Shown piece by piece: positions 50,721 to 63,070 of a DNA stretch of 64,000 nt. Source of the DNA: Camelus ferus (taxonomy: Eukaryota); NCBI RefSeq assembly GCF_009834535.1, contig NC_045707.1:59832001-59896000 (forward strand), given 5' to 3'. Numbering within the stretch: the stretch's first letter is position 1; every line of letters begins with the position of its first letter. The position numbers and the translations under genes are program-made. The notes beneath the pieces are model-generated. The model saw only the letters and a program-made list of their open reading frames with translations. It was not told the origin of the DNA and did not search any database.

Positions 50721-52327
50721 TGTTCTTAAAATTTCAAAAAGAAAATGTTACAAGGAAGGCTAAGGAGGGCCCTGGGAGGTGTGAGTGAACAGTAAGGATG
50801 ATTAATTATTTGTTATCTCTTCTCATTATTATTTGGAAGGAATGCCATTCTAAAAGTAGCTGTTACATAAATAATTAAGTTTCAAAGCTTACAGGATGTC
50901 TGGCAGAAGCCTGACACTTTAAAGCTCAGCTTAAAAAGATACCTCTAAAGATACTGGAAGCCAGAGCCCAGTGTCTGCTGGATTGGTCCTGAACTAGACC
51001 TCTTTTCCTATCTAATGATCATCCATTGTCACTTGTCCTGGGATGAACCTGACTTGCCTCTCTGACCAAATTTCTGTACTTTTCTCTCCAGCTCTACCAG
51101 CCAGTGGATGCTTCTCCTTTAGTGCCCAATTCACGTACTCATTCCCTGATTTACGATGTGTATTCATCTCCTTCTGAAATAATGCACTTGCCAGCTGTGT
51201 TTCTGCTAAGTTCTCGCCTCTGGTCTGAGCTCAGATATGTAGACCATTCCTACACTGTGGCTTTCCCCTGTAGTCCCAACCATCCACACCCCATGTCCTA
51301 TCCAATTCCTACATCAGAGGTTGGAGATGAAGCTTGGGAAAGACTTGAAGGTGAAATGAGGGTTGGAGAGAACTGATAGTCAGGAGGGCAGGACCTGTGT
51401 TGGAAATTTTAGTAAGAGAAAGAGTTAAGATGTGCTCAGTGGTCAGTGCTAGATCTGTAGACCCAGTATATCAGTAATCCTATACAGAAAAAAAGCTGAA
51501 AGAAGATGTGACCGGCAAAGGTATGCTTTACCAATTCTGCCTAGAGCCAGCCTAGATACTAAATATTTAAGCACACACATCAAAATACTAGTTTTGCATT
51601 CCCTAGGGTGAACTTACACTTAATGCTGCATTACTTTGACCACAACTATTACACATTTGCTTAAGCATCAATGTTTCTAAATATATTCTGACACCAAGTG
51701 CGGCTACAAAGGAGAAGAAAATCTGTGATGTTGTGTAGTTTTTCAAAGATCTGACAGTCCTCTTTAATAATTAAAAAGCTGCTATACTGGCCTAATGGCA
51801 AAATATTTCTGCAAATTGACTTCCTCTTCATAGTGTGAGAGGATGGGACTAAAAACCGGATAACTGTTAATGTGCCTTCCTGCTCTATATTTCTTGGGTT
51901 TGTTTGTACTCAGCGTCTTATAAACTGGAAACTAACCAGACTAAAAATTCACAATCTCTCAAATGTAAATCACAGCATTTTATTCGGAAGGAAATCTGAT
52001 TTTTGAGTCTTCTTTTAATAACACGAATATGTTTAAAGAAGTAAGAAAATCTCAGGAAAATTCTGGGACTATGCAAATTATAATTGTCAAGAGGATGATG
52101 ATAAAGGATGATAAAAAAAAGTGTTTAAAAATACTTGAATAAATATTTATCACTACTACCAAAAATATTAAATATTCTATCTTGAAATGGCTTTCTACAG
52201 AATTTTATTTTATCTTTGACTAGTGAGAAATTTATGGTATGCAAATCATACTTTAATAAACAGACTTAGCATCACCCTTATAAGTCACATTCCTGGTAAG
52301 AACACCAGATAAATTACATTACAAATG

Positions 52328-53056
52328 TTCCACTCTAGGATATAGAGTTCTTCTGGGTGTATAGTCAAAAAAAAAAAAAAAAAAAAAAAAAAGAAAGCAG
52401 GATCTGGAAGAGATATCTCTACTCCACGTTCACCATAGCATCATTCACAAGAGCCAAGATACGAAAACAGCCCATTGGTGGATGATGAGTGGATAAAGAA
52501 AATATGGTCTAGGACAGTGTTCAGCTCTAAAAAAAAAAAAGAAATCCTCCCATCTGCAACGACATAGATGAAACCTGAGGACACAATGCTAAATGAAACT
52601 AGCCATTCACAGAAGAACAAATACTACTTAATTTCACTTAGATGAGGCATCTAAAATAATTAAAGTCATAGAAGCAGAAAGTAGAATAATGATTGCCAGG
52701 GGACCAGGGGAGGGATTTATTGTTCAATGGGTACAAAATTTCAGTTGTACAAGATGAATGAGTTCTAGAGATCTGCTTACAAGATAGTGCCTACAGATAA
52801 TAACACTGGATTGTGCAATTAAAAAATCTGTTAAAAGGGCAGATCCTGTATGAAATGTCCTTAATACACGTATAGAAAAAAAAAAGTGTTTAAGGAATAT
52901 GTGGAGGTATGTTTATTACCTTGACTGTGGTGATAGTTTCATGGGAGTATGCATACATCCAAACTCATGAAATTGTATATATTAAATATGTGCAGTTTTA
53001 AATATATCAGGTACCTCAATCAAGCTGTTCATAAGTAAATAAATAAATAAATAAAG
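52328..53056 (+). mobile_element. L1MA9/L1MB-like 3' end with internal long A run and (AAAT)n tail
   Basis: CATTCACAAGAGCCAAGAT; GGATAAAGAAAATATGG; GATGAATGAGTTCTAGAGATCTG; CCTTGACTGTGGTGATAGTTTCATGGG; ATTAAATATGTGCAG. Confidence 0.9.
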
Positions 53057-53619
53057 TCATTCTTAAAATTCTTCTAAGATTTCTGTAGGACAATTAGGCA
53101 CTATTGCAAAATTTTCTGATATATGCATAACTGTTATCTGACAATTCTACTTCTACAAATTTATTCTAAAAATAAAAGATATGTTGAAATATTTAGCTAA
53201 TTTTTAGTTAAGAATTTCAATGGTGTGATGCCTCGCAAATACAAATGGAAACAAACTCCCAATAATAATGAAATGGTTACTTGATTGGGATACATTCATT
53301 AAAAAAAAAACCATTTAAAATGATGTTGTAGAATAATTCTTATGTGTTTTTTAAGTGGCCACTTATTATGAGATGAAAATTTCCAATGACAAAATAGCAG
53401 GTGTAATAAAATCATAAATATGCTGAAAATGTATAGATACATATATTCAAAGATACCATTCTGAAAAGAATGGTCTAACTTTCTACAATGACTCTATACA
53501 GTTATATAATTTTTTTTAATTTAAGCTATTTATAGGAAGGTGGCATAGATTTGTATATAGTTGAAATGCAAGTAGTTACCAGGCATGCATTTCTTCAGTG
53601 CTCAGAGACTTTCATAAAC

Positions 53620-55030
53620 TTATTCCATTTGTACCTGTCTTGTTCCCATCTTTTCCCTTTTTCCTTCTTTTACCCTGTCAGAGATGTAAGAAGGTTTCCA
53701 CTCTCCTTTCCAAGACTAATTCCACCATAAACCTCCTAATTCATCTCCTGCATACTCACCTGACAACTACTATCTTGCTACCAGGTCAAATGTTCCATAA
53801 CACCATCAAAGTTTTCTTATCATCTCAAGTTGACTTGGGTGCCGCTTTGTCTTATTGTATTTGTACAAACCTCCGTTTTCTTATTGTACTTCAACTGTTT
53901 ACATGTATGAGAGGGCAGAAACTGAAAGCTATTTGAGACAAAAAAGCATGTATTTTCATGTTTCTATCCCCAGCAACGAGGACAATGCCCAACATCCAAT
54001 ATTTGTTCCATGAATTTCACGTAAAAGTCTATTAAAATCCCTCTTTGAAAATACAATTAAGTAACTCAAGATCCTCTAAAATTTAATTACATAATTATCA
54101 CTATGCTAGTCAAAATCTTATTCAACTGATAAAAAAAAGTGATATTTTCTTAATGTCCCTGAAAATTACTAAGCCAAGAAGATAAAGAGTTTGACAATTT
54201 GAGTACCTGCTCTGTACACTGGGGATATTAAGACTTCATGGCTTAGGGAATGAGACAGGCATAGAAACAAGTCATTTCATATCATATGACCAGTACCGAA
54301 TAGAGACCAGTACAATGTGACATGGTAATAGAGAGAAGTGAGTAATGACCTATCTTACCAGTGGTGTCAAACTTATTTCAGCAAAAAGAGAGCAGGCTGA
54401 AGAAAGAAGTTGTCATTTTGGACCCTAAATATCATTTAACTCTAACAACTGTCACCTTTGTAAGAATTCCTCAGGGTTCCACACTACATGGTAGATGTCA
54501 TCATGTGTCTTGAGCTGGCCAATGTTGACCAATTTTAGAATAATGATGTACACAGATCTCTATCAGCATATTGTTCTTTGAAATGAAGAAAATGGTCATG
54601 ATTCCATGCTCCTGTATTGGCAGAGAATGGAATCAGTGGATGCACAGAGAGGTAGCCATGCCTTGACTCTAAGACCCTTCAGGGTATCACTTTTATCAAC
54701 CACTTCATTTCACCTCTCTCCATCCCACCTATCAACTCCCCTCTCTGGCAAAGTCAAACTGCACATGGATGCTCAAACAAACCAGCTTAGTGCAGGCCTC
54801 CGCACCTTCAAACACAACCCCCCAAAAAGCTACCTAAGTCAACCCCTTCAATAGTGAATCACTACTTCCTCTGTGTTAACCTCTGTACATTATACAAGCT
54901 TCTCTTGTTTCACTAACTAATCTACTAAAATGTTTTCCTCTCTTAGTCTCTGAGTGTCTTGAAAGCCAAGAAAGTGTCATTTATATCCTCTATTCTCAGC
55001 ACCTAATGCAGTATCTGGAAATGACGGTTT
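53620..55030. mobile_element. Scattered L2 fragments (+ ~53620-54015, - ~54195-54360, + ~54840-55030)
   Basis: TTCTATCCCCAGCA...ATATTTGTT; TGAGTACCTGCTCTGTACAC; CTCAGCACCTAATGCAGTATCTGG. Confidence 0.5.
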
Positions 55031-55449
55031 CAAGAAAGAGATGAAAAAAATCTTTAATTGAAAAGTACAAAGATATGCTAAAACATTCTGACTTACGCTA
55101 TCTATAATCTATGGAACAGGCTGAACATGTGATTATTAGACACAAACCTGAGAAAAAAAAATTTGTGGAATTTCACTTGACAGCTAGGAAATCTCAACTG
55201 TAAATCATATGCCCTGGTAGTATTACATTTATTTTTTTTTTAATTTTACTGGTATTTAAAGAGTAAAATATTTATGCTCCAATGGATCAATCAATAAACA
55301 TTAATATGGATCTGATAAAAGGCTGAACTCTGATCAAATCCAGGGTCTATACAAATAAAACTTGTTGATTTGATATACTAAAGTAATCAAAAACTACAAT
55401 TTTTGCGTTCTGGTCATGCTTTATATGTACACTTGTAAAAACTTTCCAA

Positions 55450-55600
55450 TCCTATGAATTCTATATTACCCTCCATGAACACAAAGAGATTTAGAGAGAG
55501 ATCAAGACTCTTGTCCAGGGTCAAATGTGCAGGAAAGGGGTAGAGCTGGGATTGGGACTCAGATTTCCCTGGCTCCAGAGCCCAGGCTTTTAGTCACCAG
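55450..55600 (-). mobile_element. MIR fragment
   Basis: CTTGTCCAGGGTCA...AGAGCTGGGATTGGGACTCAG...CTGGCTCCAGAGCCC. Confidence 0.7.
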
Positions 55601-57596
55601 TTACGTGACTAAAATGACATGTTGCTCAGAGATGGCCAGAATGAACCAGACAGTTAAATAAAATTATAAACGCAGTAAATCTCCAGTGTTCTTAAGGTAG
55701 GTTTCCTCCTACTAGAGACAACTTTAAAATTCAGTGCATTATTTTCCTCATTATTCATCTGCCAGACAAATGTAGACGTCAGAAAGCCAATTAGAACTAT
55801 GTGAATACGACAAATATTCAAGTTACCATATACATAGCACAGCAAAGTTCCTTCGCATTTGTATAGGTTGGTTTATTTCTTTCAGAAACATCTTTTTTTT
55901 TTGACATGATAAGAATGTGCTGAAAATAAATATAAATTATGGAGGGATCTGTTCAATAAGTCTTCACTTAATAGCTACTAGATGTCTGTAACAGAATAGA
56001 AAATAAAATTGGGAGGACATAGTCTTACCCACAAGGCAATCTCAGTCTATTGCGAAGTCCGTCTGAGCAGGTACAATAAATGAACTGCCGCAATTTGAGG
56101 AGTACAAATAAGGAAGTCATGCCAACATATCCTACAATTCATGCTTAGTACAATTGATCATTTCCTTGGAAAACTTTTTTGTTAACGTCCCACAAGAAAA
56201 TAATACGCTACCACAAGATTCTTAGAATTAGATAAACCACAAAAATATTCATAGCAACATTTTACACTCTCAAGCACAGTCTTTAACAGTCCACTTAGAG
56301 AAATCAGGCTGAGAGACCACCCTGAGAACTTTTCACTGTTGTTTAAATTGCACATTTATGAGAAAGACAGTTAAACCACCCAAACATATAATACACATGC
56401 CAGACACGTTAGGTAAGAAACGAGCCAAATGACTGTATTTACCCTAATCAGGACTGCGTTCCAATCAGTAGGATCTTATACCACAGATGGATTTTGCAAG
56501 CATTAGATTGTTAATGAATTCTTTCTATTCTCATAAATTGGGTTTTCCTTACTTGGCACTTATTAAAGAAAAACTGCATTTAAGAAAAAGAATAGATGAT
56601 TACAAATGATATGAAGTCAAAACAATTATCCTATTGCTTATCGCTTGGTTTTCATTTTGAACTTCAGTAAGGAGGTCCTGGAAACAAGCCTTCTAACCTT
56701 CAGTCCATGTGTGAAAAGTGTCCCATTTCTTCTTCCTTTTCTTTTATTGACTCACTTGCCTGTTGCCATCTACGTGTTTTATGACCAGAGCAGCCTGGTC
56801 TGGCACTTTAGTGCCCTAAAACCCAGCAGCAAACTTCCTCTGACTGGGGAACATTCTTTCCAAGTAAATATCCAGGCTGTTCTGCCAGATGTTCAACTAA
56901 CAAAATCAATTACTGTACAGTATTTCTGGCCAGTCTTGCCACCAGCAGACCATTACGATACACAAGGATTTTTGACAAGTCAGTGGAAACTGGTTAAAAT
57001 AATTGGGTACATTTATTTTAAACACTGGAAGAAGGGCTAAGCTCTTTCTTCTTTTTTCTTAGCACAGATAGACGATTATAGAAGACGTTCACAGACTCTC
57101 TTCTGCATGACAATATTTTCAGTACAACAGACCAGCTACTTCCTCATCCCCCTCCTTCCCCGTGGGCAACAGGAATGATTAAATAAAGTATCTGTAATTG
57201 TAAATGCGTGAGATAACACCCGTAAATTTGCTGCTAAAAGACATAAAATTTATTAGCATCTTTTTTGTTGTTCCAACAGCATAGGGTCTTAGTAAGGCTT
57301 TCCTTTGAGGACTGTGTTAGTCACCAGCATTAAGTAGATCTGCTGGCTGAAAACGAGAAGAGAAATAAATCATGTGAAATTGGTTCAACAATTAGTGACC
57401 AAATCTTTTGTGACAGAAGCTGTGCCAGTGTATATGTAGTTTCATACACTCCAGATTGCAAAGGCAGAAGAATCACGTGACATTAGGGACAAGGTGAACT
57501 ATTGAGAAAAGTGCCTAACATATTTGACAACTTAACAAGCTATAAACATCTAATTTCTCTTCCTTCTACCCCAAATGTCCCCTTCCCCCAAGAAAT

Positions 57597-57720
57597 CACA
57601 CACACACACACACACAAAATCGATAATATTTCGGCTGTCTAGGAAAGAAACAGGGAGAGAGAGAGGGGAAGAAAGAAAGAAAAAGAGGAAGAGAAGTGGG
57701 GCGAGAGATTGAGAACAATA
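57597..57720. repeat. (CA)n followed by a GA-rich polypurine tract
   Basis: Direct reading. Confidence 0.85.
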
Positions 57721-59929
57721 GAGAAGTCAAATATGTTAGCATAAGATATAATAAGCTTTACATCGTTTAAAACCTAAGGGGTAAAAATATACATGCGCAC
57801 GCACATGCGCACCACAAACACGCTCCGTAGAGTGAGTGTTAATAGTGTTGGTGTGACACTGGCATTCCTTCTCAACAGATCCATTACTTTGTAAACTGTT
57901 ATCATTTCTAGGCATCCAAGGGTGATCTGGGTTTGCCTTTTCTCTGAAAGCTGGCTTCCGTCCTCGCTGCAGGCGACAGGAAGGCAGGGCTGTGAGCGTG
58001 CCGCAGCACCAAGCCTGTAACTCCGAGACTTGTGCCATTTAGAAGCTCAGTTTCTCCCACCTCCATCTGCTGCTCAAGAAGAATTAGATCCCAATTGTCC
58101 AGGCCACTGAGAAAGGATATTTGTAGAATTTTTCTGGTATTTCCTAAGGCCTCCGGCCTTTCCATTCAAATATCCGCATTTTCTTTTCATTCAATAGGCT
58201 TCGCTAAACACAAATCTGACACTGTGGGAAATGGTTTGATACTGGCTGGAGAAGTTCAGAATACTCAGGATATGGGCAACCTGGGTAATTGGCTGCCCTA
58301 GGCGATCATTCAGCCCAGATATTTAGGAGAATTTAGAAGAATTTTGCAAGTTAGCCAATGTGAACAAGTACAACATATGCTGCAGCACCAACCAAGATAT
58401 GAGACCAAAGACCAGGAACAACTGTTAGGCTGCAAGGCATAATCTGATTATCTTCATTAAGGAAGGTCAGAAAATAAATCCCCCCTTGAGGCTCTACTGC
58501 CTTACAAAAAGGATCGGGTGGGCATGACGGGACTTCTGTCCCAAAGGGAAAGGGCAGGGAGTTTCGGCAACTAATGGTTCAGATTAACACAAAGGATATC
58601 TCTTTATTCAACCATAACAATGTTCACAGGAGACCAAAGAATGACCTACGACACGTGACACACATCTACAACAACAGAGCATCCTGAAACTGATCTATGA
58701 CCTCCCAGGGGCCCATTATGCAGCAAGTCCTAAGCAGCCTTAGCAAAATTCACCTAGGCCCTCTCTAGGTGACCCTTGAGGCAGAGTGTGGACAGTGCCC
58801 CATCAGCCCCAGCCAGCTTCTAACCCCATGTTGACTTTCAATAAGCCTCCTAATGACAGGCAGCAGCTGGCCTTCAATTTTCTGATCAGGAAACCTGGGA
58901 GGAAAGCCCATGAGCTAGGCAGGATCCAAATCTAGTTTTGGAGCCAGACATTGTGCAAACCACCTGCAGTGTCTGCTCATTAAGAAGCCTAGAATTTCCA
59001 GTTTCTAACAAAGATGCAGCAACCTACCAATGAATCCCATTTCAGAAGCCGAGCTTCAACAGAAAAGCGTATTTTACAATTCACAAACCATCTCAGAAAT
59101 CCATAATATTCTTTATATTTTCCTAAAAATTGGGTAGACTTCCTTATCAATCAATAATAAAGTAAATATGATATTGTGCTTTGACACTTTGATGCATTTG
59201 GATATATATAAACATGTACACATACACATATAATACACATACCTAAATCCAAATTTATATAAATACATAGGTAGGATATATATAGGATTGCACTCATTTT
59301 TAGATATGCACATCTCAAATAATCTGCTTTATGTTTAAGTGCTTTTGAAATCAAATAACACATCTGAATATGGCTGATCAAACTGTTATGCATAAGGTTT
59401 CCCAACCACTCAATTTATCACCACTGGCTGATTCAAGAAATTAGTAGCATCAGTTTCCTCAGTTTCTCCCATCTGTGTAGAGTTGACTTTATTGACTGCA
59501 TATTTTATAAATTTTCCAGAAATACCTCCAACTTCAAAATTTGTACAAAGTAACTACATAAGGAACATCACATGCACTCCCCCCATGCTGTATAACTCTA
59601 AAACCCTACAAAAAAAATTTGGCTCCCGATTTGTATCCTATTGTCCACAAAAGCAAATTAAACAGACAAATATCTTTGAATGTATTTAAGAGGGATATTT
59701 AAAACAATTGGGAGTTTAAGAAAACTGTGACTTTAATAAGCAGTGAATTTAAGAAAAAAATAACTACTATACATGAGGAGAACAGTATTTATATCAGATA
59801 CTTTCTGCTTTCTCCCCCAATTTTCCAGTTAAGTGAACATGAGAAGCATTCAGAAGAACCAGTTGGGTAGGTTCCCACTGCCCGTTTGTATTAGTTCCTC
59901 CTCTTCCTCTTTTCCATGAGCCGTTCCTT

Positions 59930-60110
59930 CACAGTGAGCTCTATGCACTATAGCTTATCGTCCTTATTATCACTCCACCTAATGAGGTGGGCACTGCTGT
60001 GCCTCCCATCTTTCAGACAAACTGAAGCTAAGAGGGCTTTGACCACATTAAAGAGAGCGTCATTCTGGCACTCACACCCAGATCTGGAGGACTCTGCAAA
60101 CTTCTCTGCT
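59930..60110 (-). mobile_element. Diverged MIR
   Basis: CCTAATGAGGTGGGCACTG...CCCATCTTTCAGACAAACTGAAGCT. Confidence 0.6.
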
Positions 60111-60539
60111 CATCACTATAAAATTCTATGTCTATTCACAAATTCCACAGAAGTTTCTATAGGTAAAGTCTTGATGACCAATCTCCAGGAATGAGCACAT
60201 TGCTATGAATAATTAAAACTGCAAGTGTCTGGTCTTAACTTCATTCCTCCTGCTGGGGCATCAGCTACTGAATCTTCTTAACTTATTCATGGAGGGAGGC
60301 CCTGAAGAAGAGGCAGGTTAGAAGCTGAACCCATCACTGATGAAGCATAGACCTTCCCATCCTCCAGGTGCCATCGTCTGACCTAACATGCCAAATGCAG
60401 ATACAGGTATCCCACCTCTTCTCGGAGTTGTTATTTACCCTATGGAATGATGACTCTAGACCTAGACAGCTTTTCCTTCCCTGCAGACTCTTGGTCTTGT
60501 ATCACTCAGGAATTACAGTAACCACTAAACCTAACCCAC

Positions 60540-60750
60540 GCCACCTGCTTACTCTGTTCCAAGTTTACATGAGTTGTCTTCCTTCTCAACAACCCTGTGA
60601 GGAAAGACTATTATCCACCCCATTTTACAGATACAGAAACTCAAACACAAAGATTAAGCTATTTGATGATCAAGGTGATTCAGCTAGGATAGAGGAGAAC
60701 TGGTGTTCACAACCAACCTGTCCAACTCCAGAGTTCATGCTCTTAACATC
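60540..60750 (-). mobile_element. MIR
   Basis: CAACAACCCTGTGAGG...ATTATCCACCCCATTTTACAGAT...CTCCAGAGTTCATGCTCTTAAC. Confidence 0.8.
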
Positions 60751-61148
60751 CAAAGTTTGTAGAATATATGTGGTAGACAACTAAATTCAAAGTTAATTTA
60801 AGATGTTCCATGTCGTGGCTATTCATATAGTTTCTATGTGAAAAATAAGGCTTCAGCAAGAGACTCTATACTTTCGATGGTAAAACTCAAAGAGATCAAA
60901 TATGGATTAAAACTATACTTTCCAGAGTCCACTGACATCATTGTCAGGAACAAGGGTATTGTGGTCCTTCTCAGGGCCCCTTGGACAATTATCCTCTTCC
61001 ATAAACACAGGACTTTAGTAGCAGCAATCCCTCACCACCCTACACGCCACTCCACTAAGTATCACAAGAGTCCAGAAACGCGAAGAAATTCTCTCCATGA
61101 GAACATCGGGAAACAATTTCCAAGAACAGTGTAATTTTAATTTTCTTT

Positions 61149-61274
61149 TTTTTCCAGTTTATTTTTATTGAAGTCTAGTTGATTTACAATATTATATTAG
61201 TTCCAGGTGTACAACATAGTGACTCAACAGTTTTATAGATTACACACCATTTAAAGTTATTATAAAATAATGGC
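61149..61274 (-). mobile_element. Artiodactyl-type L1 3' end with TSD
   Basis: TTTTTATTGAAGTCTAGTTGATTTACAATATTATATTAGTTCCAGGTGTACAACATAGTGACTCA; TSD TTAATTTTCTTT at 61137-61148 and 61275-61286. Confidence 0.85.
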
Positions 61275-61599
61275 TTAATTTTCTTTCCAACTATGGCCCA
61301 AATACAAGCTAATACTTTCACATCTTAAATCAGTAGGCTGATTTTTACTGTATATATAATATATATGAGGATATCTGAATATAAATGTAGCTGTGATTTT
61401 CACATATTCACATTTGGATACATACCATGTATATGTGTACACACATAGTCCGTAGATCTAAGCATGAACAAATATTTATAAATTTGGCCTTTTTTAAGTG
61501 TACTTTTGCAATTTCCTTTTTACTAATGTCCAATATATCTGTTGGAACCCTTCATTTTACTATTGTCATCTACCAAATAGAGATGATAAATGCAATTTT

Positions 61600-61765
61600 A
61601 AAAAAGCATCCACATTTTCCTTATGTTAGGGAACTAACATTACAAACCCATTGTACACATGAGGAAAGTTGCAGCTCAGTGTGGTTAAGTTACTGAACCA
61701 ATTTACAGAGCTATTAAGTAAGGGAGCCAGAATTTGAACTGTCTCTTAAATTGTCTGCCTCTTCC
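61600..61765 (-). mobile_element. MIR fragment
   Basis: CCCATTGTACACATGAGGAAA...GGTTAAGTTACT...GAGCCAGAATTTGAAC. Confidence 0.7.
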
Positions 61766-62349
61766 CATGGCCTGTGTTTTCCTACTGTTTAACACTACCA
61801 AGATCTTCCTATAGGGGAAAAATGAGAAAAGGTTTCTTTCCTAAAACCATCTTTGTCTTAGGATTCTGATCCTTTATTTCCAGCTTCAGTTAATCCAGGC
61901 TGGTTTGGCTTTGATGAGCTTTGATGCTCCTATATCACCTACAGAAGCTTAGGTTCTGGAATGTGAAGCTGCCTTTACTTAAAGCTTTAATGTATCACCC
62001 ATCCGAGAATCTCTTCAGTTTGTTCCTACCAGTCATTCCCAAGGTTTTAGTTTCCTGTGCCCAGTCCTAACTTACAACCCACTGCTTTCATCTTCTGCTG
62101 CTCAGGACTCACATAGCTAGCTAAAACTCCATTTCAAAAGGGATTTACAATTCAAAACAGAAAATCAAATTACCTAATTTTGTTTTTCTCATCAAACAAA
62201 AAACAATATTGTGTTAAAATCGTAATTTTGCTTTCAGGAAAAAGAGGAAAAAAACTTATTGTCATAATTCAGCCTTATATTTTTCATGTGAATAGCTTTC
62301 TTTGTAATACTTAACCAAAATAAGATCTTTATTGGACAGCAGGTTAGGA

Positions 62350-62480
62350 TCACTAATTCATTTACTCAACAAACAGCACAGGGAGTCTGTACTAAGCCTG
62401 ATGTTAGGCACTGGGCATACAGGGAGACCCAGGACTTCAAGTGCTGAGCCCTTGTAGTTATAAGCAAAGGTCACTGTGAA
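62350..62480 (-). mobile_element. L2 3' tail
   Basis: ATTCATTTACTCAACAAAC...TAGGCACTGGGCATACAG. Confidence 0.6.
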
Positions 62481-62499
62481 GAGCTACAAGACAAGTTGG

Positions 62500-62656
62500 G
62501 TATTTTTTGTTTGTTTGTTTGGGGGGGTGGGTTTGAGCAGGGACGCAATTAGGTTTATTTATTTATTTATTAATTTTTTAATGGAGGTACTGGGGATTGA
62601 ACCCAGGACCTCTTGCATGCTAGGCATGTGCTCTACCACTGAGCTATACGCTCCCA
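62500..62656 (-). mobile_element. Camelid tRNA-Ala-derived SINE (Vic-1 type) with 16-bp TSD
   Basis: Minus strand GGGAGCGTATAGCTCAGTGGTAGAGCACATGCCTAGCATGCAAGAGGTCCTGGGTTCAATCCCCAGTACCTCC; TSD CTACAAGACAAGTTGG (62484-62499) / CTACAAGATAAGTTGG (62657-62672). Confidence 0.92.
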
Positions 62657-62979
62657 CTACAAGATAAGTTGGAATGTGAATATCAACGTCTGAAATTGCC
62701 AAGGAGACACCAAAGGAAGCTCAATTCAACTACTCTAGTGGGTGGTTCCAATCCTATCACTGGTCACATGTAACAGTAAACATATACTGGCTCAAAACAT
62801 TAAGAAAGTTTCTCTGCATGTATTACATCTGGAATGACTGGTTTATCTAAATGCAGGTTTAAAAAAGATGTGCAAATTATAAGCTGTTAAATATATTGAG
62901 CAAGTGTAATTTAAAAAAAATCTACCTGAAGGTATTGAAACTATTAGTGTGTGTGTGTGTATATATGTCTTTGATCAGA

Positions 62980-63070
62980 GCTCTGACACTATAACCTTGA
63001 GAAAGTTACACAGTCATTCTGGGCCTCAGATTTCTCATATTCAACCTGAACTATGCAATCTCTAAGATTT
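62980..63070 (+). mobile_element. MIR fragment
   Basis: ATAACCTTGAGAAAGTTAC...CTGGGCCTCAGATTTCTCAT. Confidence 0.65.

Noticed and set aside
56645..57040. 131-aa ORF
   Set aside because: Non-ATG start, no recognisable domain, composition typical of non-coding T-rich DNA.
60368..60784. 138-aa ORF, the longest in the window
   Set aside because: Non-ATG start; second half is antisense MIR sequence.
62476..62667. ORF containing MEVLGIEPRTSCMLGMCSTTELY
   Set aside because: Antisense translation of the camelid SINE.
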